This document shows, in pieces, positions 10,492-22,484 of a stretch of 64,000 nt of DNA. The notes under the pieces were generated by a model. That model did not search any database. It was not told the origin of the DNA and was given only the letters and a program-made list of their open reading frames with translations. Every line of letters begins with the position of its first letter. The stretch's first letter is position 1. This DNA is from Podarcis muralis (taxonomy: Eukaryota), in assembly GCF_964188315.1 (NCBI RefSeq), contig NC_135656.1, forward strand, positions 111,042,001-111,106,000, given 5' to 3'. The translations under genes were made by a program, and so were the position numbers.

Positions 10492-11988
10492 TCACCTTTC
10501 TGGACCATCGTCTGCCTGTCTGCTGTCTGAAGACTCCTCTAGAACACCAGGTGGCTCTTCTTCATCATCTTCATCTTCATCTTCATCTTCACTTGATCCA
10601 TTGGATGTTCGCTCCATTTCTTTCCCAGCCTCCTCCCGGTGTCCATGGATCAACACTTCCTCTGTTGCTGTTCCACTGGGTAAGCTCTGCCACCCAGCAT
10701 GTTCTCCTTCTTTTCCATCCCTCTCACCAGACCGTTTCCGTTTCCCACTGGTCGATAATGCTTTTGACTTAAGGGAACATTCCCTTCCTGGCGTCCTGGA
10801 ACTTTTGGACAGCCCCGTATCTGCCCTTTTCTCACGGGTAAAAGTCCTCCCTGCAAACGATGATGTTGTTTCTTCCTCCCATTTCCAAGTACTAGAGGCA
10901 AATTCTTCTAAGGCGATCACATTGGGCGGCCCTCCTCTCTTAGATCTCTTCCCATTGGACAGCACTTTGAAAGTTCTCCTTGCCTGATTGGACGGGCCCT
11001 CCTCTGCCCCTCTCCTCCCTTCCTGCTTCCTCATCCAAACTGATGGTCCTTCTTTCCCTTGTTTCGCAGAGGTCGGGCCTGTTACCCTGGAATCCGCCAG
11101 CGCCAGAACCACTTCTCTTCGGCAATGTTGATCTCCAACAACATTGAAAACAGAGATCCAGCTGTCTCCGTGCCCGGAAACCATCTTGAAGTTCTTTCCA
11201 TCGCAGTCAATGAAGATGGTGGCATTGGCCCGGTGTCGTGGAGTCAAAGCATTAAACTCCTGCAAGGCTCGCTTGAGGCAGGCCCGAAGGTCCACCGTAC
11301 ATCCTTTCAGGCCTTCCGTCTCCTTCCACACTTTAAGCAAGTTCTCAGAGGTGAGGGGCACTGCGCGGCTGTTCAACCTGTCTACGTAGATGTCCATGCA
11401 AGTAACTCGAACCCGGTACCGAGGTTGTCTATCGGAGAAAAGGATGTGGATGCGGGACTTGCCCTTCCCAGAAATGAAATCCAAGCAGGAACCTTCACAT
11501 TCAATGGTCAACTCAGCATTGCTCTTCACTGTAGGTGGCTCCTTCTCAATCTCTGTTATGGCTAGATCAAGGCAGGCCCGCAGGTCCTTTGTGACATCCC
11601 CCCACTTAAGGAGCTCCTGCCTCACCTTCTCCAAATTCTCAGAGGTCAGTGGAGCTGGGCAGAGGGACAGCCGGTCCAGGTACACCTCCAGGCTGGAGAC
11701 CTCAATGTTATAGCGGGTTTTCTTCTTTGACCAAGAGATGACTATTTTGTTCTCACCTCCACCGGAGACAAACTCCATCCTTTTCCTCCCTCTCACCTGG
11801 ACGGTCAAGGTGGCATTGTCCTGGAGGCAGCGTGGCTCACGGGGGAACTCTAGCAGGGCATGGTCTAAGCAAGCCGTCAGCATGGTGTCAGATCCCCGGT
11901 TGGCTATCTCCAAGCTCTCCTTCGCTGAGAGTAAGTTGCTGACACTCAGTGGTGCTGGAGGGATGGGCTTGGGGATGCAGGCACCCAT
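10492..11988 (-). CDS. Uncharacterised intronless 498-aa protein: MGAC N-terminus, three ~100-aa repeats, charged low-complexity tail
   Basis: 1.5-kb uninterrupted ORF. In-frame stop 18 nt upstream of the ATG. Internal repeats at aa 13-112, 113-210 and 211-~295. AATAAA on the minus strand near 10333-10338. Diverged paralogues at 19860 and 37851 keep the same motif. Confidence 0.8.
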   Translation of the reverse strand: MGACIPKPIPPAPLSVSNLLSAKESLEIANRGSDTMLTACLDHALLEFPREPRCLQDNATLTVQVRGRKRMEFVSGGGENKIVISWSKKKTRYNIEVSSLEVYLDRLSLCPAPLTSENLEKVRQELLKWGDVTKDLRACLDLAITEIEKEPPTVKSNAELTIECEGSCLDFISGKGKSRIHILFSDRQPRYRVRVTCMDIYVDRLNSRAVPLTSENLLKVWKETEGLKGCTVDLRACLKRALQEFNALTPRHRANATIFIDCDGKNFKMVSGHGDSWISVFNVVGDQHCRREVVLALADSRVTGPTSAKQGKEGPSVWMRKQEGRRGAEEGPSNQARRTFKVLSNGKRSKRGGPPNVIALEEFASSTWKWEEETTSSFAGRTFTREKRADTGLSKSSRTPGRECSLKSKALSTSGKRKRSGERDGKEGEHAGWQSLPSGTATEEVLIHGHREEAGKEMERTSNGSSEDEDEDEDDEEEPPGVLEESSDSRQADDGPER

Positions 11989-12258
11989 ACGAAGAAAGGC
12001 CAGGATCTACGGATGCAACGCCAAACATGTCTTCTCGTGCAGTGGCATCAATGGTCCTCCAAGACCTGGAGAAGAAAGCAGGCATCTCAGAATGGAATCC
12101 GTCACTGTACGGAAGTGGCAACCGGTGCCCGTTTGATAATGGTGATCATGTGCCTGGTTCCTCCAGGACAGGGACAGCCAATGTGTTGCCCTCCAGATGT
12201 TGTTGAGGGCCACAATTCGCATCAGCCCCAGCCAACATGGCCAGCCGCCAGGAATTAT

Positions 12259-12609
12259 GGTGGCGCTGTGGGTTAAACCACAGAGCCTAGGACTTGCTGA
12301 TCAGAAGGTCAGCGGTTTGAATCCCCGCAATGGGGTGAGCTCCCGTTGCTCGGTCCCTGCTCCTGCCCACCCAGCAGTTCGAAAGCACGTCAAAGTGCAA
12401 GTAGATAAATAGGTACCGCTCTGGCGGGAAGGTAAATGGCGTTTCCGTGCGCTGCTCTGGTTTCGCCAGAAGCGGCTTAGTCATGCTGGCCACATGACCC
12501 GGAAGCTGTACGCCGGCTCCCTCGGCCAATAAAGCGAGATGAGTGTCGCAACCCCAGAGTCGGCCACAACTGGACCTAATGGTCAGGGGTCCCTTTACCT
12601 TTACCTTTA
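12259..12609 (+). mobile_element. Sauria SINE
   Basis: Match to the other copies, (ACCTTT)n tail. Confidence 0.9.
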
Positions 12610-13273
12610 TGGCAAGGCTGGAGAAGAGGCCTTGCATGGGTAAACACTTAGGAAGGCTAAGAAGTTTCCTAAGAGAGTGCAAAGGTCAGCGCTGTGCAAC
12701 TGCCTGGACAATCCCTTTACATTTCCCCAGGGCAGACCTCCTCTCCCCAGGCCACAGCCCTCACCACCCCTGCTTTGCTGTCTCCTTAAGGGATGCATTC
12801 CAGGATGTTTTCGTACACAACTAGTGATGGAGGTGCTGGCTTGTCCCATGCCTAGAAAGCATGGGTCTGAGCAGTTCTCCACTTAACCCACACTTTCTAA
12901 GCACGGGTCTGAGTGGTTTCCTTCTTCCCCAGAGGAAATCTATCTGCTATTTAGTGCTAAATCAGAGCAGGTGTGGGCTTTGGTAATCTTTCATAATATG
13001 GTGCCAAAATTCCAAATGCACCTTCTCAGTTATCGATCTTCTCAGTTTCGCACCCCTTCAGCTCAGCTCCCTGTCTGGAGGAACTGCCCACGCTGCCCTA
13101 AATCTGGTGCTGTTCAGAGCAAATGCAAATCCGGAGAAAAGGTGAACTTCCGTTTGCGCCAACCGAGTGCTAAAGAGTGGTTTGATATTCAGAATGTAGC
13201 AGGCGAAGCTCGCCCTTGCATAGTGATGACTCTTAGAACCTGTGAATATATGTAACATTTACCTCTATGCAGT

Positions 13274-13638
13274 CGTAAAGGACCCCTGGACGGTTAAGTC
13301 CAGTCAAAGGCGACTATGGGGTGTAGCGCTTATCTCTGCTTTCAGGCCGAGGGAGCCGACAGAAAGCTTTCTGGGTCATGTGGCCAGCATGACTAAACCA
13401 CTTCTGGCACAATGGAACACCGTGATGGAAACCAGAGCGCACGGAAATGCCGTTTACCTTCTCGCCGGAGCGGTACCTATTTATCTACTTCCACTGGTTG
13501 CTTTCGAACTGTTAGGTTGGCAGGAGCTGGGACAGAGCAACGGGAACTCACCCCATCATGCAGATTCGAACCGCTGACCTTCCGATCGGCAAGCCCAAGA
13601 GGCTCAGTGGTTTAGACCACAGCGCCACCTGCATCCCT
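13274..13638 (-). mobile_element. Sauria SINE (diverged subfamily)
   Basis: Match to the other copies. Confidence 0.85.
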
Positions 13639-13993
13639 CTATGCAGTACATGGGCTTGTAAAAAAGCACAACAGCGTGTTGTCTCCATTGTCTTATTCAG
13701 AGTAGATCCATTGGAGTTAATGGACACGACTCAATCAAGCCCATTAATTTATTTGCATCTACTCTGAACAGGACTTACTTGAATAAAGTCCTATGCTGAC
13801 AACTCTCAGGTGCAAGGTTGCATCCTCTCTCCCCCGTGTCTCAACCTAGAAGTCCTCTGACCTGTCCATGAAGTGGCTTAGAACCTCGGTGTAGCCTACA
13901 GAAGTATGCAATGGAAGAGCAAGCGGCTTGACTTTATCAAGCCAAATGTGCGTATGAAGGGATGCTTGAGGGTTAATTGTTTCTGTCCAATTA

Positions 13994-14162
13994 CCGTATT
14001 TTTCGCTCTATAACACGCACCCGACCATAACACGCACGTAGTTTTTAGAGGAGGAAAATCCGTAGGCATGCCACCCGTAGGCATACCCTCCATAACACGC
14101 ACAGACATTTCCCCTTACTTTCTAGGAGGAAAAAAGTGAGTGTTATGGTGCAAAAAATACGG
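13994..14162. mobile_element. Tc1/mariner (pogo/Tigger-like) MITE
   Basis: TIR CCGTATTTTT, TA TSD. Confidence 0.8.
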
Positions 14163-14599
14163 TATATCAGTTGTGAACCCTTAGGAACAAGGACTGAAAG
14201 GGAAAGGAGGACAACAAGGGGTTCTTGGGCCAGAACTGAAGTCACAGGCACAGCTGAGGGTAGCTCAGGGCTGAACGTGAGATCGTGGGGAGAACGCCGC
14301 AGTCGGTAACTCGGGGAAATGAACTTACTTTTGTGTCTGGGTTCCTACTAGCATCCATGGGAGTTGGGAAGAGGACAGGAGAGAATGTGGCTTGATTCTC
14401 ATTGGTCTTTGCAGCTGTGATGTCACAGACCCATCCTTCGGAGTTCCGTTCCATCCATGTGTTCTGTAGAAGGAAGCACCAATCGCGAGCAGACGGGTCC
14501 AGAATTAGAAAGGCAAAGCTGCGAAACAGAAATGATACAAGCAAGCAAACATCCAGCTTCTGAAGCAAATTGCAAAATTTTAACAGGTCGTCCCATTAG

Positions 14600-15170
14600 A
14601 ATAATTATACAAGAGACAATGAGGCAATGAGGCTAAGGGTACATTCTGTCCTATGTGGTGGACTTGTAAAAGGGCAAAAGGGTATTGGGAAACAATTTAT
14701 AATGAATTGTGGGGGGGAAATGTTTAAAAGTACTTTTCAAAAAACAAAACAAACCAGAGTCCTTTTTGTTGGGGATAATTCAGATGGAAATTCCCAAGTG
14801 TCAGAAAAGGCTATTTATGTATGCCACTACCGCAGCCCGTGTTTTGTTAGCCCAAAAATGGAAAACGAGTGAGGTCCCAGCTAAAGAAGAATGGCAACTT
14901 AAGCTGATGGAATATGCGTAGCCTGCAGACTTAACATATAGAATAAGAGAAATAGAGGAACATACTTTTAAAGAAGATTTGCAAATGTCTATTGAATATA
15001 TGGGTGAAAATTGCATACACTTGAAAATGTTGGCAGCATTAAGATAAATTCAACAGGGTAAATAAGTTTTGATGGATGCAATAATGGAATTCTGAATGGT
15101 TTAGTTTATGTAAAATATGCAGGGATTTATGGCATGCAAAATGAACCATGGAAAGAGAAGAAGGGAAGTT
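14600..15170 (+). mobile_element. L1 LINE 3' fragment
   Basis: EIPKCQKRLFMYATTAARVLLAQKWKTSEVPAKEEWQLKLMEYA. Confidence 0.8.
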
Positions 15171-15179
15171 AAATGAATA

Positions 15180-15394
15180 CAGTGGCACCTCAGGTTAAGA
15201 ACTTAATTCATTGTGGAGGTCTGTTCTTAACCTGAAACTGTTCTTAACCTGAGGTACCACTTTAGCTAATGGGGCCTCCTACTGCAGCCGCGCGATTTCT
15301 GTTATCATCCTGAGGTAAAGTTCTTAACCTGAGGTAATATTTCTGGGTTAGCGGAGTCTGTAACCTGAAGCGTCTGTAACCCGAGGTACCAGTG
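15180..15394. mobile_element. Tc1/mariner-type MITE
   Basis: CAGTGG(C/T)ACCTC TIRs, TA TSD; same site as the copy at 32822. Confidence 0.8.
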
Positions 15395-16385
15395 TATTCT
15401 AAAATGTAAAACAAAAAAAATTATACCAAAAAATAATTATTATTATACAAGAAGGCTCGAAGGATAGAGATCCTCCAGCCTCCAGGCCAGATTTGGCCCA
15501 GGACTGGTCCCAAATTGGAACCTGAGGCAGTTTTCCCTCAGTGCATACCCCCTTGCCCCACACCTGTCATCAAATAGTGCATCCAGTGTGGGGCAAGGAG
15601 ATGGACATGCTTGGATCAGCTGCACAGCAGAATTTCACGCGAGGAAGCCAGTTGCCCTGGAGGAAGCAGCTTTGGCTTGGTGCCTGGAAAGTGCCGAGTG
15701 GGTCGGTGAGCATTTGGGAAGCATGGTGCAAAAGTGCTTTGCAAGCCCAACGCTCAGCACTTTCTAAGCTTCCTGCTGAGCAAAGGGCCATCGGAAACCC
15801 TCTGCAATGCGGCTCCCAAGGACCCGAAAAGCTGCCGTCCGTCGGGTGCTCAGGAAGTAGCGCACAAGGGACATTGGCAGGTAGGCGGAATAACCCATTC
15901 AAGGGGCCTTATTCTTGACTGGAGATCCTGCTGGCAATTTGTGTACAGTGGTACCTCAGGTTGAGCAATCTGGTGGAGAAGGCATGGAGCGTTGCCTCTC
16001 TCCCCTGACAGGCCATTTGCTTTCCATGCAGAATGCACTGAAAAGAGCCCCATTCCCCCCCCCCCCCAACATCCATCATAAACACGCAGCAGGTTAGTGG
16101 GCTGAACTCACAGGTTGCTGCATTCTTCTGTGTCCTGCTCAGAGCTGTAGCGGGGGGAGGGCAGGTCTAGCCTGGATTTCTGCCCCAGGTGAAGCCTCCA
16201 GAGGGGTGCCATTGAGTTTCCCACCAGATTGATTATGGGATCCTGGGATCTATGGTCCCAAAAACAGACGTCTGGGAGAACAGAAGTATCCAGGATCCCC
16301 CATGCTTCCTTTGAAAAAAAAAAAAGACGATTGTCCAGTAGCACCTTAGAGATCAACTAAGTTTGTCCGGGTATATTTGTTCTTT

Positions 16386-16585
16386 GTTGTTGTTGTTTAG
16401 TCATTTAGTCGTGTCCGACTCTTTGTGACCCCATGGACCAGAGCACGCCAGGCACTCCTGTCTTCCACTGCCTCCCGCAGTTTGGTCAAACTCATGCTGG
16501 TAGCTTCGAGAACACTGTCCAACCATCTTGTCCTCTGTCGTCCCCTTCTCCTTGTGCCCTCCATCTTTCTCAACATCAGGGTCCT
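16386..16585 (-). mobile_element. Bov-B LINE short 3' fragment
   Basis: Near-identical to 1468-1660. Confidence 0.9.
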
Positions 16586-19169
16586 TTGAAACCAGGGATG
16601 GGTGGGGAAGGAACTGAATCCCCCCCATACTTCCCTCCCTCAAACATCTGGGGAAAGAACTTTTTTTGGGGGGGCGGAGTATGTGTGGTGTGGAAAGGGC
16701 TCAGGATATTAAGTCCCTGCCCTAAACTGCCAACTTCTTTAGAGGGAATTAGTAACAGTCTGACTCTGACACACAGTGTCATTGCTGTCAATTCTGAAAG
16801 GGCCCTGCAGGCTCTCTCTTCCAAAGAGCGCTCTGTCCTGGGAAGCCAAACACATGAACACTGCCATAAACCCACAGCTTCGGGGGTGGGGCAGCTTAAC
16901 AGGGGAGGCTTTTGAATGAGGAACTGGCATGAGGCCCCAAACCAGATTGACTGCTTGTTCCGGATCACAACCCCATAGCTGTATTTTATTCAGAACAGAA
17001 ACACACAAAATAGAAGCACAGTTAAAGAGGAATAGTCTGCAAATACATGATACACAAATAGAGACTTGATATGGGGGCATATAAATGATTCCCTGTTATC
17101 TCCAGATATGGATAATTTAATGTGCTTCAAATAGTTGTTCTGTTTCCTTTTATAATTGTTTAATTGTCGTCACTCACTCTAGGACCTGATGTCGAAAGGT
17201 GTGTGAGAAACCTTGTAAATAAATAAAAGTAATTCCGCTTACTGCATTTGTTGGTGCCATTAATCGCTTAATATCCAAGCTGCTATGGGGATTTGCAGAA
17301 CCACTGTTAAATATCTCTTGTTTGGACCAGTGGAGGACAAGGTGCTCAAGTCTGCTCTTATATTGTAACTCTTAAACTGCTGTTGCTTTCTTTGAGTCTT
17401 TAATATATGAAATAAACAAGGGCTGCAGGGAGGAAGTGGGGAGCTGTGGTCTGAACCAGCAGGAATCTTCTGAAAGTATGTGCTTTTAAATGAAATAAAA
17501 ATGAAAACTATTCCTCTGTTTGAAATGACTGGCTTCAGATTTAACATTTCCCAACATGATGCACATTGATGGGAGGCAGAGGCGGGGAGCCTTTTGCAGC
17601 CCAGATGCTGCATTGTGTCTGGAGTTTGAAAAATATTGGCCCCACCCCATGGGGTGACAGATGGTTGGGACAATCACATAATATCACTATGAAATTACAT
17701 GATTGACAGATGAGTTCCCTACCCATGCCTTATGGGGAACATTTGAAATAACTTGTACTGGGGATAGATAGGACCGGTAGCAAAAGTGAGCAGAGTTCCT
17801 GCTATGCTCTTCATCCACACAAGCAAGAGAGATTATCCCTGTCCAAGGATAGATTTTCATCACAAGTGCATGCAAGGGATCAGTGAGGCCTATATCCTTG
17901 AAGGGCCATTAGAATATTGTTCTCTATATGATCCCAAAAACTGTTTAAGGCATTTTCTCCTCTCTCATATGTTATCCCAAAGGGGGGGGGGCAGCCAGAA
18001 GAACAAGGCTTTTTCTTGCTTAGATGTTACAGTGAAAATAGGCCTATCTCAGGAATGTCTGGCTTGGCCGAGTAAAAATAAAGAGCAAGGTTGAATGGAT
18101 ATTATTGTCACCCCAGAGGGAGGGACTGGACATACGTGAAACAAGGAAGTCCAAATATGGAGAAACGAAAGCTAAATTCTATACCATTTCCCGTGAATCA
18201 CATGTTTTCTTGTAAATCAGATGGAAGACCGTCACAGGGGATATAAAAAGGGCTGGCAACCCCAGAGAGGGCGGGCAGGCAATGAACTTTACCTTGTCTG
18301 TACCTTTTTTGTCATGACAAAATAAAAATGATTTTACTGCTGTCAAATTGACTCTTTGAAACGAATTCTGATGCTCCAAAGGGGAGGAACTAAGGAAAGG
18401 TCTTTCATCCTGACGGCCATTTTGAGGGGCCTGCATCATTTGGCTCCTGCAGCTGAGGTTTTCCAACCCTAGTGGAAGCTTGAGCTTTTTATTATTATTA
18501 TTATTGCGTGAAAACATTTATTTCAGTAAGCCCGCATAGGCACTTCTTTAATTGTGTACACTTGCTTTTAAATTCTTGCAGATTTTACCTGTGTTTTTAT
18601 TGAAAATCATACTATTTTTGTACATACAGCTTAGTTTTTTTTAATTATCTGGTTTCTAAACATTTCCAAATAAACAAAAACAACAACAATGAAACAATAT
18701 TTCAATAACATTTCTTAAAAACAAAACTATGCATCAAATAAAACTGAGAAGTGTACAGAACAGAAAATTTAAAAAATTAGGAGCCAGAATCTAGCAAAAC
18801 CTAGGTAAACATGTAAGTTTTTAAGAGGAAACATGTAAGTTTGGGTAAACATGTAAGTTTGGAAATCTCTACTGTCTCCATCTCATGAATTATTTGAGAG
18901 AGAGCATTCCAGAGGGTGGGTGCTGTACCCACAAATGAAGTTACCACCCATTGGTGTTGGAGTTACCCCAGAAGGGCCTCATCAGCTTGAGCTCTTACTG
19001 CTGAAATTTGACTCTCGTTTAACCCAATTTCAAGGGACCAGTTCAAATTTGATCCGAGGAGCAACTGGTATTTTTATCATACAAAACGTACCTGCTTATT
19101 CACATCTTCCTGGTCTGACAACAGGGTAAGCGAATGGGATTCTGGCTAACCCTTCTCATGGTTCATGTA

Positions 19170-19524
19170 CAGTGGTGCCTCGCAAGACGAAATTAATTCG
19201 TTCCGCGAGTTTTGTCGTCTTGCGATTTTTTTCGTCTTGCGAAGCACGGTGTCGGGAAAGTTTTGGAAAAGCTTAAAAAATCACCAAAGTCTTTAAAAAC
19301 CTCAAAAAAGGCTACCACACCGCGTTCTATGAGTTGCTCCTCGAAGTCAAGTCGCAACTGTATTAACGGTGTTAAGAAAAAGGAAAGAAACTTGCAAGAC
19401 GTTTCCGTCTTGCGAAGCAAGCCCATAGGGAAAATCGTCTTGCGAAGCAGCTCAAAAAACAAAAAACCCTTTCGTCTAGCGAGTTTCTTGTCTTGCGAGG
19501 CATTTGTCTTGCGAGGTACCACTG
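19170..19524. mobile_element. Tc1/mariner-type MITE (GCAAGACG subfamily)
   Basis: TIR CAGTGGT(G/A)CCTCGCAAGAC, TA TSD. Confidence 0.85.
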
Positions 19525-19859
19525 TACTTTGTAAACAGCAGCGAAGGAACCGTATGTAAACTCAAACATGGCAGGTTTCCATCACATTTTGGTCTTGTTT
19601 GTTTTTTGGGGGAAGTTCCCACACACTGAAATTTACTGGTAAGTTCAATTCCATTTGCTTTCTATTGTTAACACCTGCAGGAAAGCTAAATACAGATCAC
19701 CACAGTAACATGCAAAACATGTGTTCCTATACCACATCCTCCAGCAATTCATACCTGCTTCAGCTGAGCTGGAGATCAGCAGTCCTCTTGAATCAGGCCA
19801 GAGATTCATCAAATATACCCTCAACAGGCTGGTAATAATTTAGGGGCATTCTTAGTGAG

Positions 19860-20299
19860 ATGGATTGGCTTATTGTGGGAAAGTTTCTGGGTCAAGAACT
19901 CTTGTTTAAAAGTCTCTGCTATCAGATCCAGAGAGAAACACACCCACTGAGCATGGAGTCTCTGAGATCTGTGCAGAAACGATTGCAGGGTTATGAGCCA
20001 GACACAAGGAATGAGCCAGACACAATGAGGAATTTCAAGCAGGAGCCCACATGCGTGAAGGAGAATGCCACTTTGTTGATCAAGAGTGATGGGGTCGAGT
20101 TGAAATTCTCCTGTGGGAATCAGAAATGTCTCATCTGCATAGATGACGCTGGCGGAGAACTCCAGTACAATGCCTCTGAGCTCTCAGGGGATGTTTATTT
20201 GTCAAGATTACATTGCAGGCCCCAGCCACTGAATGTGGCAAGTCTCCAGGGAGTGAAGGAAAGTTTGGAGAAATGGGAGATGGGAGAAGATTTGAGAAG
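19860..20299 (+). pseudogene. Truncated paralogue of the 100-aa-repeat protein (X3)
   Basis: HPLSMESLRSVQKRLQGYE...NFKQEPTCVKENATLLIKSDG...PLNVASLQGVKESLEKWEMGEDLR. The LVACLDMAL helix is replaced by a short local duplication (GAGCCAGACACAA twice), and homology stops abruptly at 20299. Confidence 0.8.
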
Positions 20300-20630
20300 T
20301 TCAACACACACCACAATTGCCTCATTACGTAAATCCTGTTCAGAATACCACAACACACACGTAACTGGCTGTAAAGTAACATAAGATTGTATATAATAAA
20401 ACTGTAATCATCATATAAAAAAATTGCAAAGCACAGTTCCTGGTGGCAAGAACGTATCATATTACTATTAACCTTCTATATGTTTTTATTGTCGTAAAGT
20501 CCAAGGACAGTCAAGTCCAAAGATTGTCAAGTCCAACGATTACAATGTACAGTTCCTGTTGGCAATGCTATTTCATACTGATATCTTCCTTCTGCAGTCC
20601 TATGTCTTGAGAGTGTAACAAGCAGAACTA

Positions 20631-20995
20631 GTAAAGGTAAAGGTAAAGGTAAAGGGACCCCTGACCATTAGGTCCAGTTGTGGCCGACTCTGGGGTTGTG
20701 GCACTCATCTTGCTTTATTGGCCAAGGAAGCTAGTGTACAGCTTCCGGGTCATGTGGCCAGCAAGACTAAGCTGCTTCTGGCAAACCAGAGCAGTGCACG
20801 GAAACGCCGTTTACCTTCCCGCCGGAGTGGTACCTATTTATCTACTTGCACTTTGAGGTGCTTTCGAACTGCTAGGTTGGCAGGAGCAGGGACCAAGCAA
20901 TGGGAGTTCACCCCGTTGCGGGGATTCGAACCACCGACCTTCTGATCAGCAAGTCCCAGGCTCTGTGGTTTAACCCACAGCGCCACCCGCGTCCC
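20631..20995 (-). mobile_element. Sauria SINE
   Basis: Match to the other copies. Confidence 0.9.
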
Positions 20996-22484
20996 ACGAG
21001 CAGAACTACTTAGTAACAATAAGGCAGCTGATGATAGACCAGTTCTCAGGATACACCCTTGTTTTGCCCATTGGGCTTCTTCGGCGACAAGGTTTCCAGG
21101 AGAATTTTCAGTAGGTTTTTCCAGCCGAAATAGTACACAGGAACGCAGAAGTTGTCAGTCAGAGATGCTCCGTATCAATGATCATTGAAACTAAGCTATA
21201 TAGGAGGAATCCCTGCAATGGGGCAGGTGCAGGCAATTAGAATTAAATATTCTTAAACAAAATCAATAAATCTAACCCCTAAAAGGGGAAAGGGGGAAAT
21301 GAGGTGTGTTATTGTTTGTAGAGAAGTGACAGTATGTGGAGGAATTAAGGAACAAAGAGAAGCAGGAAATGTAAATAAGTGAACAAGCGAGGGCATTTGG
21401 ACAGAGCAGATCCACCATCTCCATATCACCAAAAACAATAGGTCAGAAATTTAAATGAAAACGTACATGAAAGTCAGAGATGCATTAGCTGAGAGTCTTA
21501 CGACTAGATGACGCTTGGGATCCCTTCCATCTCTACAATTCTGTCATTCTTTGTGCTCATTTGTACGTGGAGACAGCAAATTTTAAAATACTCAGTACAA
21601 TTGAAATAGAAATACAGTCCATCTTACTGCATCAGGGGGAAAGACTGTGTCTTCCTGCTCAGTATGCTGACTGGATGCTAACTGTGAACACGGGCAGCGC
21701 CAGGGTGCCAACTGCTCTCCCTTCTCAGGGCTCTTTATCCTTAAACCCAACTTGGATTGGATGCTCCTTCAGATACAGACAGTGTGGTATAGTGGTTACA
21801 GCACTGGACCAGGATGGGGAGTTCAGGGCAGACACACACAATAAAAACACATGAAATCATAAACTTAAGCAAACACTCATGTGGTTTTGCTTTTCTTTCT
21901 TTGGGCTTATTTACTTTAATTATATTTTGATCTAAAAGCCTAATCATAGCAGCTACAGTGTCCCAGCTGTGGCAAATTCAAAAGTAAAAGTTAGTTGTCC
22001 CCAAATCCTATTAACATTTGGGACTGGAGCAACAGTGTTTGCATGAAGAAACTGTATGAGAACTGGGGGTGGGAGACAGGAAACCAATTCTTCCCTCACT
22101 AATTCCTTCTCGAGTAAACAATTGTTTTTCTCAGTCTTTACTTCCTTTTCCCTCCTGCTCCAGTCAGTTCGTATTTGACCTTTTATTAGCCTCATGATGG
22201 CCACACGGCTCTCGCTCAATTTTTCCTGGGGACTGTAAGGTTAGTTAAGGGTGCTGGAAAATGTAGCTTTTTGAGGTAAATAGCCATTGCCAAGATTCTT
22301 TGGCAGACACCATGCACTTTGAATTCATGGTACGGATGTGAAGCTGCACACTGTGAGGGTTTCTCCTGGTTTACGCTGCTGCTTTGCAAACACTATGAGC
22401 CACCCAGAGGCAGAGCCACCCAACCTTGGACTTTAAACTGGAAAAATGAAACTAAGGCTTTTATTCCCGTTTCAGGCAGACGAA

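Larger units (their letters stand above)
16581..20299. repeat. Segmental duplicate, inverted relative to 37565-42158
   Basis: Colinear unique-sequence match by eye, e.g. GTCCTTTGAAACCAGGGATGGGTGGGG vs revcomp of 42133-42158, and GAGATGGGAGAAGATTTGAGAAG vs 37565-37587. Confidence 0.9.
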
